DNA from: Epiperipatus broadwayi | Taxonomy: Eukaryota > Animalia > Onychophora | DNA: 64,000 nt | Assembly (NCBI GenBank): GCA_028023455.1 | Contig: JAQFVV010000009.1 | Coordinates: 6,448,001 to 6,512,000, forward strand | Direction: 5' to 3' | Shown: piece after piece, positions 1 through 13,851 of the stretch | Layout: every line of letters begins with the position of its first letter | Numbering within the stretch: the stretch's first letter is position 1 | Position numbers and translations under genes: made by a program | The notes under the pieces: generated by a model | Told to the model about the DNA's origin: nothing | Database searches by the model: none | Seen by the model: only the letters and a program-made list of their open reading frames with translations

Positions 1-830
1 TATAGGATTTGAATTTATGGTAAATTTTATATCTAGTTATTTATATCTAGTTATTTATTGTAGTTGGATTTGAGTTGTGTTATACTCACTGTTTTATAAA
101 AGTCAACCAAACTCTAAAGTATAAATTGTTTCTTTCGTCTTAAATGTATAGCTTGCTTTGACTCTATGGTAAATATTCTGGTTTTGGTAAGCTTGGAATC
201 CCTATTTTATTTAGTTATCTCATGATCATTTAATTCAATATCAATTTATAGTTCTGGACATCATCTTTCATCATCATCATTCTTCTCATCTGTCATTTCA
301 ATCTTTCTTTATTCTTCTTTCATCCTAATTCATTATTCTAATTAACTCACCATTCACTAGCTCTTATTCTATCATCATCTTAATCATCCATTATTCTGAT
401 ACATCTTCATTCTTTTCTCTTCATTCTCAGACTCCTTTCATTTTATTATTTAATCATTACTTATTTTCATCATCCATTTAGTCATTTACATCCTAATTTA
501 CTTATTGCTTAATTTATAATTTTAATTTCATATGCATTCCATCGATCTAATTATTATTTATTTATTGGTTTGATGAATATTAAATTTATTTTGTTTGTTT
601 GTTTGTGGATTTTAAAGCTAGTTTGACCAGAAGTTATTATCTTCATTAACCACCTTGTGATCTTCTTTAGGTCTATAGTTTCATGCGAGCTTAGTCAATA
701 AAAAAATCCTCTCTTTAGTTTAACATTTATTTTAGACGTATATTCTGGATTGATTAGATTAGTTGTAGTTAAGAAGGTTACAGAGGAGGATATGGCTCCC
801 AAACGTGTACGCTGACTAGCTAGATTAGTA
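1..830 (-). mobile_element. Highly decayed retroelement 5' region (family uncertain)
   Basis: The minus strand has D/E/N/K-rich pseudo-coding sequence with many stops. A GC-richer leader lies near 780-830. Confidence 0.25.
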
Positions 831-3761
831 AGAAGGTTACAATATATATACAGTATATATACAATCTTTATTAAAATGTGTTAATGAGTGTACTCCTATT
901 TAAAACTAATTATTCTTTAATCTATACCAATTAATTTTAATTTTTATTTAATGTAATCTTTTTAATAGTGTATATATCCTTAGATGAAAACATATGAAAA
1001 TGTTCTTTTCTTCTTTTAAATGCTTATAAAATAAAATCTTTTAACAATTATAAAACAATGAAAAATGTGTACTGCATAGAAACTGTTAATTTTATTATGA
1101 CAGAGAAAATTTCAAATAAATCTTTAATACATATTTTATAAAACTACATAGTATATGTAGATAAGTATTACAGTCAGCTTTATATGCATCTGATTACTTC
1201 AATGAAATGGGTAGGATGAGAAGGTTGGCACTAAGGTGGGCTTTGGGTGTTCCATCATCAGATTGTTAAGGAAGTGGATGGCTGAAGAATTGTGGGGTGG
1301 AGTAGTTTGAAGACTGTCCATTGAAGTATGAAGATTGGCTATCTTAATATAAGCTGAGCTTTGATTGTATATATGTGTGGAGATGATAATCTGGACCAAC
1401 TGACGAGTGCTGGTTTAGCACGAAATATGTATATTAGTGATTATTTATCTTTTCAACATGTGTGTGATCAAGTGTATCAGTGGTATGAGATAACATGATG
1501 GTTGAGGATCACGTGAAAATCTGAGTTCAACCCCCCTATATATTACATATATAAGTGCAGGTATGGAAAAAGCCTGTTCTGCAGATAAAAATTCAGGGAA
1601 GAAGTAAAAAATGCAATAAAATTTCTATCTATACAGAAAGAGCTACATATTTAATAAATATAAATATGATGTTATACATATTTTCAAATTAAAAAATGAC
1701 TTAAATAAATAAGACTCATCTAATTCCTGACTTGTGTGTCTTGTCTGGAGGGGTGTGCTAGGTAAAAAAAAGAAGTTCTGAAACTAAAGACTTTAATATT
1801 GTGTCCTTCCTTGTACTTCATTATTTTCCAGGAATTAGCAAAATAGAAAACTTGTTAGGAATTTATATCATTTACTCATGTACTATTCAATAATTATGTT
1901 AATAATAAGAAATATAACAAGTAAAATTGATCACTATAGAAATTTTTAATTTCTGTAAGACAATATCAGAGTATTTCTCACTGAGAATGATCTGATTGAA
2001 ACAAATATTATGCTAAAACCTATTCTCAGCTATTAAGTTTTGTGATCATTGATCACAATACCAATTAAATAGTAATTTACTAGCTATATGAAAAATTCAA
2101 TTGACAGGATAATAGCTCAACATAATTATGGAAGATTGAAATAAAAAATAGGTGAATTTATTTATATATATAATTTTCAACCAGGTAGATTTTTTAAAAA
2201 TCATATCAAAACATAAATAGTAAAAAAAATCTATGATAAACATTTGCAAAAATATAGATAATACATAAATACAGATAAAATTTCCTATAGGAAATAAGCA
2301 ACATATCTATCAAAAGATATGAATTTTTCAAGCACTGGTAGTGATTCTGCAAATTATTATTAAATATGAGAATGGAGAACAGTGATATGAAGAAATAGTG
2401 AACTTCTGACAAAACAGATTTAGTTTAGTGAAATATTAAGTTAGAAGGAAAAGATATAATTATGGAGAAAAATGGCTAGACTGCATGGATAAACAATATA
2501 AGAACCGACTTATGGAGTGAAGAGATGGGTGCTGAAGTAAATTTCTATATTTCATAAACTTTATTTTCTTGAAATTTAAATTATGATATTGAAATATGAC
2601 CTTGGTCCATAAATGATCATAAAGTGCTAGAGGTGAATACTTTTAATAAAGACTTTATGGTACAAATAATTAAACTAATTATAACATATAGAAGTTTTTT
2701 AGGAAAATGAATTAACATTTAGCATGTATAAAAACAGAATAGAGTAAACAAAAATGACAGAAATTAGCAGAACTTGCCACAGAAATCAGTTACATTGAAT
2801 TAAAAAAATTAGTAACGAGTAGAGGGGAAGGGGATATTTCTTTTTAATATTAGCAAAAAAAAAAACTAAAAAATACACATATATAAAAAATTTACTAACA
2901 TATGAAATAATCCCTTTTATTTGCTGAAATAGAGTACTGAGTTTAGATTTCTGATACATGATTTACTGTTTTTTCACACAAGGTAACCAATATTAAAAAT
3001 CACTTCTACAAAGTAAAATTTGCTATTATAAAATTTATTTAACTAAAAAATGGAAACTTGATTTATTTATAAACATATTTTTATATAATGAATAAAAATT
3101 AGAGATTAATTCTGGATTGATATTTTTTAAGAAGTTCAATACTCACTTAGGGTTTTTCAAGTCTGGCAGCAATTGCTGCCAAAAAATTAAATTATAATTG
3201 TATAGATTTCATTCATTTATAATTCTAATAAATTATCTCCCGAATCATAGTATTGGTTAAATTACATCTGATATCTGTTCAAACATAATTACTTTTTTTA
3301 TTTCTATAGCTCTCTTTTTTCTGTTAACACAGCAAGTTAATCAATATTTAAAGAAATAATTCCATTTACATTTATTTTTTACAATGCATAATGTTTTTGT
3401 TTTGGTCTTTGAAGAAGACTGATAAACAATTGAAGCACAAGATTAGTGAATAAAATTTGCACATTATAAAAAATAATTATAAACAGAGTTGATTTACTCT
3501 ATATAAAAGATTTTGATAATTGGATTAACATTTCTTTTTTGCTGTTTTTATTTGTTCATAAATGCAAATGTTTTTTAAGTAGTAAAATTGTGAAACATTA
3601 CATAAATAATAATAATAAAAGAAGATAATAGTATTCTTCTTGCTTGTAATTTTAAATATGATTTTCTGAGTCCATTTTTATTATGCAGTTTTACTTAAAC
3701 AAAAAAAATAAATATTTATTGCCCCATTTCAAAAACAATGCATAACATTTTTACTACTTAC

Positions 3762-3839
3762 GTGCAGCATTCTGAAAAACTTTTGGATTGCTTCCTTTCT
3801 TCATAAATTCAATACTAAGATGACAAAATTCACGAACCA
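3762..3839 (-). CDS. COMMD2: COMMD2 coding exon 2 (78 nt)
   Basis: The signals are a TTTTAG acceptor, then (V)VREFCHLSIEFMKKGSNPKVFQNAA, then a GTAAGT donor. This resembles COMMD2 VVAEFGRIAVEFLRRGANPKIYEGAA. Later exons were not found and probably lie left of the window. Confidence 0.92.
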
Positions 3840-6800
3840 CTAAAATATATATATATAAACTTCAGTTATTAAAAAATAGTTTAATAAAAAATTTAAGCTC
3901 AGTTACACATTTAATAGCTGCCAATTACAATTACATTATAGTGTATCCACTGGATCTTATAACAACATAAATTTGTAAAATTATATTTATGACAATTGGA
4001 TAAAATAATTGAATGGTTTATTGCTTGGGAGTTCTTAAGAAGTTCAACCAATAAAAGTGACAGAGACTGAGCTACAATCCGTGGAATTTACGCTTTATAA
4101 TCTCCACTACTACACTAAATCAAACTGAGCATGACAATTTGATTAGTTGAATGCAATTGTATTTAATAAATCCTAATTAAAATTTTTGATTAAGTCTGAA
4201 ACAAATACATTTTAAAGTTCTAATTACAAGTATGATTCCACTATAGGCTAAAGAAATAATCAAGAATCAGCAGCAGAATATTATAAAGAAATTTCAAATT
4301 TGAAATTTATAACAAAGAAATTTTGATCAGTAAAGATTAATATATTTACATATAGTTGCAGTATTCTTCTAGATTACATGTCGCAGCATAATCTTTTTAT
4401 TGCAAAAATGTATCTGCATGCAAAATAAAGTAGTAAACATCAGATAATAGAACAAAAATATATCTTGAAATAGTTTCTAGCATATTGATCATTTACAGTG
4501 GATAGCAATATTTGGTACTCATCGTTTAGACAGGCCAGCCACTTGGTGGCATTCTTATCTGTTAAAAACACATAACTATTCCACACTGACATTTTGCGAA
4601 CTAATTTAAAACTATTTACAATCGAACATTATTTGGTAACAGTATTAAACTCATTTTCAAACCATTTTTTTAGAGTGCAATTCTTTTACATTTTGAAAAC
4701 TAATTTAAAAAAATTTAACGATCGAACATTATTTGGTAAAATGGGATTATTTTATTTTTAAATTACTTTTAAACTCATTTTCAAACCAGAAAACTAATTA
4801 CGATCAAACATTATTTGGGAAAGGTATTCTTGAGCCATCAAATCAGGTTTGCTTGCTGATCTAATATTTACATCTAGATGAGGTGGACTTGCACCTGAAC
4901 TGCGAACCCTCTGGTTTCATCCTTGCTATACAATCACAGATATGGCAATGTGTCAGAATTTTTTGATCACAGGCAATTGGCAAAACTTTAAATGTGGCTT
5001 AATGAATTTCACCCATTTTCTTAGTATCACAGAGATTCTCACGCAAAATATGCATCAACATGTTATCGCGTGTCAACTTTATTCTTCAAATACACTTTCT
5101 GAATTTTTTCATCCTTCAAAAATGTGTAGGGAAGCATGTTTTTACGACACAATACTGCGTCAGTTTACTTGTAAGATGATAATTTGAAAGACAATATTTA
5201 AGGAGTTACGGTAATAAAAAGTACAGCTACCCTCAAGTCATATTGTATTAAAGTTTTAATAGTTAGCATACAGATAAACTGCATAACAGCGTACATACGT
5301 AGCCATTGTTATTCACATGGAAATCCAAGCGAATAACGGCATATTTCTGTGCTTTTGCAGAGAAATAACACCACCAAATGACTGTCCTGGCTATAAAATA
5401 GCCGGAGATGGCCGCCTAAACAGCATATTTCTGTGCTTTTGCAGAGAAATAACGCCACCAAGCCATATAGTATCACTAAAAGTGACTGCTGTATGAATCA
5501 AAAAAAATTATTTGATAATAACATCCATTGTTAATTGAATCTTACAGTATTGATTGCGAGTTGAAATAAAAGAAATTAATGCTGTCAAAAGAATAAATGT
5601 AAAGTTAGAAATATCAGGATGCTTTGATTTGGTAAATACTAACAGATCTGGGAATATGTGCTGATTCAACTATCTGGTATCTACAGATTTTGTGTATATG
5701 GAAATGGCTCTTACATGAAGAGATTATTATTGTCCTGACAAAACTAATTTTGAAAGCAGTGTTTTAACAACATATATTAAATACTAATGCCAATAGACAC
5801 TGAGACATCAGGAGAAAGTTTGCATCACATTCCTTCAGTAAATATTTAATTATCCAAGTTAATTGTAAAGATTTTGAATCCAAGATTAATTACTTATCTA
5901 ATTATAGCTTTTGAAAGGAATATAATTATCAAATAATTTAGATAATTTTGACTTATAAACATATTGATTATTGATAACAAATATGTAATTAATGGCTATA
6001 AATAAATGATTGTATGGTTAGTAGTCAAATTGAATTCAAAAATAGAAAAACTCAGAAAAAGATAAAAGAATCATTAGATTTTTCATGAAAATTGATACTA
6101 TCATTTATCAAAGCCAATTAAAATTTTCCTTCTTAAAAAACCTGTCAATATTTTTTAAAATGAACATCAAATTACTTATTATTATTTTTTAATTTGTTTT
6201 TTTTTTTAAAATCATCATTAGTCTTTAAAAAAATATCAATAAACAAATCAATATAATATTTTAAAATACACATAATTTTTTAAAAAATTATAGCATCATA
6301 GATTGCGCAATAACTAATTATCCACAAATTACAAGTATTTATGTTTTAAAGTGGTACTGCAAGAACAACAGTGACAAAAATAAAATATAGAAAGACTGAA
6401 ATATCTCATAACCAGCAAAATAAAATAAATTACCACTAATGCAATCAAAACATGGGCATTCAAAAAGTTTAAAGAAAAAAGATAGATGCACTTGAAATAT
6501 AGTACTATCAGAGAATACTTCAAATTTCCTATACTGTCTGCAGGAGTAATGTGTCTATTTAAGAAGAATTCAATATCAACAAGAAAATGTTGGGAATAAT
6601 AAAGAGATTGATAATGATATATCTTGAATACAGTTTTAAAAAAATCTAATATTATAAAATGCTTGCCTCTGAAGCAAAAGAGGAAAGTCAACATTCATAA
6701 GGTCATTCATCAAAGTGATAGTTAAAAAAAAAAAGCAGTTCATTGAATAAAAGTTCCATGAGATGCTACATCTTGTCCAAAATCATGAAACATAGAGGAG

Positions 6801-7517
6801 GACAATAAAGCTCTTCCCATGATGTCACTATATTCTTTCAAGAATACAGACTGACATGATAATAATATTAATATTTTTGATTACTGTGTGGAGTAATCAA
6901 TTTTAGTATTTTAATAATTAATCTAATGCATTTTGGCTAAGCTAAACTATTTTATAGTTAATATCAGTTACAGCATTATTATGCATGCATATCAAACAGA
7001 TAATTTATACAGTTAATATAGACTAATATAGCATTGTTATGAGTACAATGCAAAACACTAAAAATGTGTTGTGCTAATTATTTAAACATTGAAATTATTT
7101 GCTCCACATGATAAGCATAAATATTAAAGCTATAACTGATATTACACACACACATGGAAGAATTTATAATACAAAACATCCACAGAAAAGGTATTCAGCT
7201 TTATTACTACTTGGCATGCTTTGGGTATAATATATATCATATTCATGGCTTATAGTAGTATGATTTAAGAGTTTTTGGTATTAATGTATAAGTAGTGACT
7301 AATTAGCTATTCAAAATATTAAAACTGATTTAAATGGCCCATTCATTGATAGAGCTATGATTATGTCTTTTCTATTGATTAAACTGTATTAATTATATTA
7401 ATAAAGTTATTGTATTTGTGCATGCATTAAATAGAGAATATACATAGCATAGTAATAATTTTAGAATGAAAGCATACATGAATAACTATACAATCAAGAT
7501 GTGTAGCAATTATGACT

Positions 7518-7690
7518 GAATTTTGTAATTTAATGGAATTGAACAAACGACCAAAAGACCATAAATGGCCACACTTGATTAAGGAATGCTAGGCACCTCA
7601 TCAGAAGAAATCCCAAGCATGTATCCAAAGGAGGTAAATCAAAACGAATGTCTAAGAAACTCCTATCTCTAGAAGTATCAGGATAAAATA
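7518..7690 (+). repeat. Interspersed repeat, also at ~33583-33780
   Basis: The copies share GACCATA.ATGGCCA.ACTTGATTAAGGAAT and flanking blocks. Confidence 0.6.
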
Positions 7691-7859
7691 TACAACTCAC
7701 ACCAACCTTATTTTATTTTATGTATGCTTTTATTGCTTTTTGTTATGTGTGCAAATAATATGTAAAATGCTTATTAAAAATAACTAGTTAAATAACCCTC
7801 ACCTCTAACTCACCCATTTTATTAATTATGTATTGGATGCTACTCTAGTTCAATATCCA

Positions 7860-9286
7860 TGACCACAAGTAAGTAGGTTTGATTGCACCCAGTTAGTCCA
7901 CACTTGGATATTGCAGATTGGCGTGCACCAACAGGATTTCGACAGGACATACCCGGCAAGTGAAAGTGGACTGACATAATTCAATAGGTTGGAAACCTGC
8001 TTGTAGCAATTGGCAACTTAACTAAAAACCTTAGCTCTGCACAATTCAGAGGAATGGTATTGGTGCCGTAAGTCAGTATTTGTGAATTTGAAATTGAAAA
8101 CCTAGTAGATTGGCCTTTGTATATAAAATAATTAGAAATTTTTTTTTTGTGATTAACAGCACCAGTGAATTGCTATTAAAATTGCTGCCTTACTTCGTTT
8201 CATTAACCAGTGAGTTATTAAGACCTCAATAGATTATGTGAACCAGAAGTAGCAGAAAACAGACATTATAATTAGCTAGTAATGAAATTATATAATTTTT
8301 TCAATCCTCAACCATCTAAATATATCGCTCAGTTTCACTTTAGAAACATGATAGGCAATGAACAAAAAAATTAAGACTTTGAAGTTGCATTGTGAGTTAT
8401 AGAACAACTTTGCTTTTGTGGCAGTTTTCCAGAGAAAGCCCTCCTCAAGCAATTATTGTGGAGAATGATGAATGACCAATTGAGATAAATCTTGTATTAA
8501 TCTTAACAATATATGATACCATGGAGTTATTAAAAAATAAGTTCATGAATAAGTTCTAGGCCATGCCAAAAAGTTTAAAAAACTTTTTGCATCAAACAAC
8601 AATCCTCAAAGTCAGTAGGTTGAATGAGGATGTCTACCTACAGAATAAAACAACCTGTTAGTACTATGAAACAGTAGATCATAGCAAGTACAAAAATGAA
8701 TAATGCTTAAATAATGGAATGGCCAGACACTCAATCAAAAGATGTCGCCACCATAAAAAGGTTAAAAGTGGCTGAAGATTTATGAGAAATGCAGATATTG
8801 AAAATTTGGATCAAATTATATTAATAATTAAAATTCTCAAGAAGTCAGTGATCAAATAGATTAATAGTGGCAGTAGAGTGTCCTTAATAACAAATCAAAA
8901 TTGGAGAAAACTAATGCAGAACTGCAACCCAGAGTGTCCTTAATAACCAATCAAGATTAGAGAAAACTAATGCAGAACTGCAGCCCTCTCTCCACAGTTA
9001 GTCAAAACAAATCTAAAAACAAGGAATGCCAATGTAAAAACCCAATCAAATTATTGGGGATTATTCAAGTACCTGTCAAAACTAGAAAACACAGTGGGAC
9101 ATTATTGCTTTATATTGCCAATGGAAAATTAACCCGATCATAGATTATGAATGATTCAAACCATTGTAAATTAAGATATGCTTTATGAAAAACATCAATG
9201 TCAAAGACCAAGTTAAAAGTTTTTCTCATTTTTTTAAAAATGAACTGTGGAAAATAAAAGCTACACCATTCAATGTAGATCTATAT
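7860..9286 (+). mobile_element. Decayed Ty3/Gypsy gag-protease fragment
   Basis: Near 9050-9150 it translates to IKLLGIIQVPVKTRKHSGTLLLYIANG, typical of the region around the Gypsy protease. It has many stops and a 56-bp tandem duplication at 8875-8986. Confidence 0.4.
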
Positions 9287-11305
9287 TGTAACGGTATATA
9301 TATGCCGTTACATTATTTTAAAATTAAAAGGGGAAAATAATCGTAAATAAAATTGATTTTTTAAAAACAAAAAAGAAAATTAAAATAGTTATTTTAACAT
9401 ATATATAATCGCACAGATGGAAAACTATTAAAAAAATTTGAAAGAAAGTTAAAGTCAAGATCTAAAGATTAGTATTTTTGTTAAAAAGTAATATAAAAGA
9501 AAATAGAAACAAATGTTAATTAATTTCTATTTAAAGGATTCATGTTTAAATCTTAGTGAATGGAAATGATTGTTTATTAATTGAATCTAAAGCAAATGAG
9601 CCCTTGGGCACTTTGTAATGTAAATGTCAGATAAGGGATAAAAATTAAAGATTGTTTCCCGCTCTGAAGCAGATCGACCAATGCAAGCACCAAGCCTCGC
9701 ATGGGCCAAAGTAAAACATCTGGACTTATAAGAGCAAATGATGTCATGTGCGATCGATCTGGAAAGTTCCTGATAAGAGAGGCCAGAAACTATAAAAGAT
9801 AAAATATATAAAATTATTGAGGTCTTTTTACTCATTTAGAAAATGAAGTAATTGTTCGATCCGGAAAGTTCCTGATAAGAGAAACCAGAAATTATAAAAG
9901 ATGAAATATATTAAATTACTGAGGCCTTTTTACTCACTTGGAAAATGAAGTAATTGTTGACTCTTGAATTGCATTGCGGGCCCTGAAATATATGGGTCTT
10001 GCAATTAATTAATTTCCTGTTATGCACCAACTGAGGTGGCCTCCAAATTGATGATTCACTGAAGGCAACAAACAATGGACCGGTCTTCCTAGAAATGATA
10101 TAAATATTAAGTGGACTTCGGTTGGATGGGTGCAATGCATCATGGACAAGACGGACTTCAAAGCCATCTCGGAAAGTATGAACTTTTGCTTATTTAAATT
10201 AAATTAGGAACTAAAAAAATTTAAAGAACTTTCAAATACATAAACTTTTTTTAAAAAATCTCTTGTTCGACTGAGCAGAGATTTAAATTAGCCATATTCT
10301 CTAATATTCCATTTTTTTTTATTATTTCTGATTATTTTTTTTTGTGTTAGCTAAATCATTAACTTGTGATAAATTAAAGTTGGATGTACATGACTGCATA
10401 GATTCATTATGTTTATGTTAGTTTAAGAGCGTTAATTTCAGACTATCTGTCTCGTAGCTGAATCGAGGTTAGTGGAGGGATGTATGGATGTTTCATGTCA
10501 ATGTAATATGAAGTGCATTAGCATACAGGGCTTAGTATCCCAACTGAATGCATGGCCAAAAAGTGTAGCCAACACATTGCCAATGGACATAGATGTATTC
10601 CCTGCACCTAGGATTCTTCTCGCTCTATGGATTGGGAATATAAGATGGCAAAGACTGCTCTCCCTCCATACAGAGCATATTCTTCATATTAAATGATTAC
10701 TTAACTTGCCAGACAGATGTGAATTCCTGTACTGGACGAGGATCATTCTTTTCTTAAATAATATGCTGCAGACACTCATTCCTGTCAGTATGTTTTTATG
10801 CTAATGTCTTCATATTGCATTGATCACATTGATATATCATTAAGCTGGCTCTAATTTAGCTGCGAACTTATAGTCTGGAGTTAAAAGAGTAGAGATAGTC
10901 AAGCACATAGTCTGTGTAACCTATCTATGCCTAAAATTCTAATATAATAAATTGTATAAACTGTCCATCTGTGCGGACTTACTGAAGTTTAAAATAATAA
11001 CAAATTAAAGCAATCTTAAACAATTTTTTCCTCAAATTAATATATGTGTGCATAAATAAATGTTTGTGTGATTATAATTGGTAGTGGCTTATTTTATTAT
11101 CTTTTTTTTCTTATTAAAAATATGTTTAAGAGTATATATCATTAAATCTCAGCTACTCCTTAAGCCAGCAAATAAGGCATATCGGTCGAATAAAATTGAA
11201 ATCTTACAAAAAGTATCTGCCTACTATATAAATTTTCCAGGTTCAAATGGCCTGATGGTGCCTGTACAGCAGTCAGTGCAAGAGTCTAATGAACCGACCA
11301 TTATA
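9287..11305 (+). mobile_element. Long LTR family X, copy 1 (~2.0 kb), followed by a PBS
   Basis: It starts TGTAACG and is collinear (inverted) with 41325-43552 over many blocks. It is followed by a tRNA-Lys-type PBS. It has an internal ~101-bp tandem duplication at about 9755-9960. Confidence 0.75.
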
Positions 11306-11307
11306 AT

Positions 11308-11324
11308 TGGTGCCCAATGTGAGG
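11308..11324 (+). promoter_or_regulatory. Primer binding site, tRNA-Lys(CUU) type
   Basis: TGGTGCCCAATGTGAGG compared with the canonical TGGCGCCCAACGTGGGG. Two of the three differences are CpG-type transitions. It lies 2 nt after the LTR end. Confidence 0.75.
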
Positions 11325-11769
11325 CCTGATCCAATGTGGCCAGCATAGGAAAAAAACATGGCCACTGAATGTAATTAAAAAAAAAAAAGCTCACAAAATC
11401 GGAGTTGTTTTTAAATTAAAAAAAAAAGTTTATCGTATATTAGAAACAAAATAAATAAATTGTTGGGGAGAGAAAAGAGATACTGCATATATATATAAAC
11501 CATACATAAGTGTAAAAATGGGAAGAGGACTTCAGTGAGAATATATTAAGTCGAATTTATTAATTAAAAAAGGGCAATCTCGGAAAACAGTTTGTTTAAT
11601 AGTAGCATTAGATCGAAAGTTTCTTCTTGTTTAGATTTTATTTTTTGAGATATAAAATAAGCATAGCTAAAAATAAGAGTATAGCTGGAGCATAGCGTGG
11701 GAGAGATTAACAGTGAACGGACTATGGAGAAGCTAGGTTCACCTTTAGCTTATGATATACAATATTTAC

Positions 11770-13851
11770 AGTTGATATTCCTAATCTTCAGAAACATTCT
11801 AATGAATTTAAATTAGAACTTACAAATCGGTTTCAAGTATTAGTAGATTTTGAACATGATTCAGATTTGAATGAAATTAATATGAAAATAACTGATACAC
11901 TTTTGAAAACTGCAACAAAGATAGCTGGTAGAAAGAAACAGCAATTGACCAATAAAATTTCTACTGAGACTAGAGAATTTATGAATAAAAGAAGGAATAT
12001 GAAAATATACAAAAATGATGCATTAAAAAGAATTGAATATCTCGAATTTTGTAAAATGGTGCGGAAAAGAGTTGAAAATGATATAAGAAAGTATAACTGT
12101 GAACTAGCAAGGAAAGCTGTAGAAGAAAATAAAAGTCTTAAGAATGTAAAACAACATTTTGGTATTGGTAGGAAATTTATATCTGCAATAAGAAAAAAAG
12201 ATGGAATTATTACTAAAAGGAGAGATGACATCATGAAATTGGTAGAAGATTTTTATCAAGAATTATATAGTAATAAAGAACAAGTACCGCCTATATCTAT
12301 TACATCTTCCAAATTGCCCAGAATTTTAAATGAAGAAGTGAGACATGCAATTAAATGTATGAAGAAAGGAAAGGCTCCAGGTAATGATGGAATTATAATT
12401 GATATATTAAAAGAAGCAGGTGAAGAAATAGAAATTTTTTTAGCAAAGTTATATACCAAATGTCTAAATGATAAAGATGTATCGGATGATTGGAAGAATG
12501 CAGTAATAATATTAATATTTAAAATAATAATATTAATATTTAAAAAAGATGATAAAGAAGATATTAGAAATTACAGACCTATCAGCCTTTTATCAGTTTT
12601 ATATAAAATTTTTACCAAGATAATTACTACTCGTCTACAGAGAACATTGGATTTCCACCAACCAAGAGAACAAGCCGGATTTAAAAGTGGTTTTAGTACA
12701 GTAGATCATATCCAGGTATTGAGAGAAGTTATAGAAAGGACAAATGAATATGAGTTGCCATTATGCTTAGGATTTGTAGATTATGAAAAGGCATTTGATT
12801 CTATAAACATTTCTTCAGTGATTAAAACATTAGATCATCAAGGTATAGATCCAGGATATTGTCATATTTTAAAGAATATTTATAAAAATGCAACAGCAAC
12901 AATTAGATTACATAATGACACTGGGAAAGTCAACATTGAGAAAGGTGTAAGACAAGGTGACTCCATATCTCCAAAACTTTTTACAGCAGTGCTGCATGAA
13001 GTATTTTGTGGATTAAAATGGGAAACTAAAGGAGTGAAAGTAAATGGTGATTATTTAAGTCATTTAGATTTCGCAGATGATGTAGTTGTTTTTGCAAATA
13101 ATGCTTCAGATCTGCAGGAAATGTTGCAGGAATTATCAGATGAAAGTAGGAAAGTAGGACTAAAGATAAATGTTAAAAAGACTAAAGTAATGTTTAATCG
13201 ATTTGCTCAAAATATGAAAATAAAGATTGATTATGATGAATTAGAAGAAGTTAACAGTTACAAATACCTTGGTCAGATTATTAATACAGATGGAAACATA
13301 ATGGAGGAAATTAATCATAGAATTAAACTTGGTTGGAGTGCTTTTGGTAGAAATAACTTGATACTAAAAGGAAATATGCCTATGTGTTTGAAAAGGAAGG
13401 TTTTTAACAAATGTGTTTTACCAGTTCTTACTTATGGATCTGAGACTTGAACACTTAATAGAAGAGCAATTCAGAGACTTCAGACCACTCAAAGAAGTAT
13501 GGAGAGATGTATGTTGGGAGTAACAAGAAGAGATCGTAAACACAATGTATGGGTAAGAGAACAAACAGGTGTTACTGACCTCATTGAAAAAATTAAAAGA
13601 TTGAAGTGGAGTTGGGCTGGACATATTGTTAGAAGAGATGATAATAGATGGACAATTGAAATTTTAAACTGGATTCCAAGAGATCGTAAAAGACCCAGAA
13701 AGAGACTACATGTGAGATGGATGGATGAAATAAGAAAGTGTGCAGGGATGATGTGGAGAAGAGAAGCTAAAGATCGGAGAAGATGGATTAAACTTGGAGA
13801 GACCTTCATCCTGCAATGGATTGATAATGGTTGATAATGATGATGATGATA
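11770..13851 (+). mobile_element. 5'-truncated RTE-clade LINE, young
   Basis: RT motifs are GKAPGNDG, NYRPISLL, GVRQGDSISP, FADD and YKYLG. It also has the linker FKLELTNRF and a (GAT)n tail. The endonuclease domain is absent. Confidence 0.95.
11774..13834 (+). pseudogene. RTE reverse transcriptase ORF with one nonsense codon
   Basis: One frame runs from about 11774 to 13834. Its only interruption is TGA at 13448-13450, within YGSET(W)TL. Confidence 0.9.

Noticed and set aside
1199-1546. 66-aa ORF and a possible short LTR (TGTAATATATAGGGGGG on the minus strand)
   Set aside because: There is no partner LTR, clear PBS or recognisable domain, so support is insufficient.
3165-3180. Perfect 16-bp palindrome GGCAGCAATTGCTGCC
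   Set aside because: It is isolated and short, with no associated structure. It is possibly a transposon end remnant.
4600-4830. Three ATCGAACATTATTTGG repeats with intervening sequence, superficially CRISPR-like
   Set aside because: The intervening sequences are themselves related, spacing is irregular, there are no cas genes and the context is eukaryotic. It is a degenerate tandem repeat.
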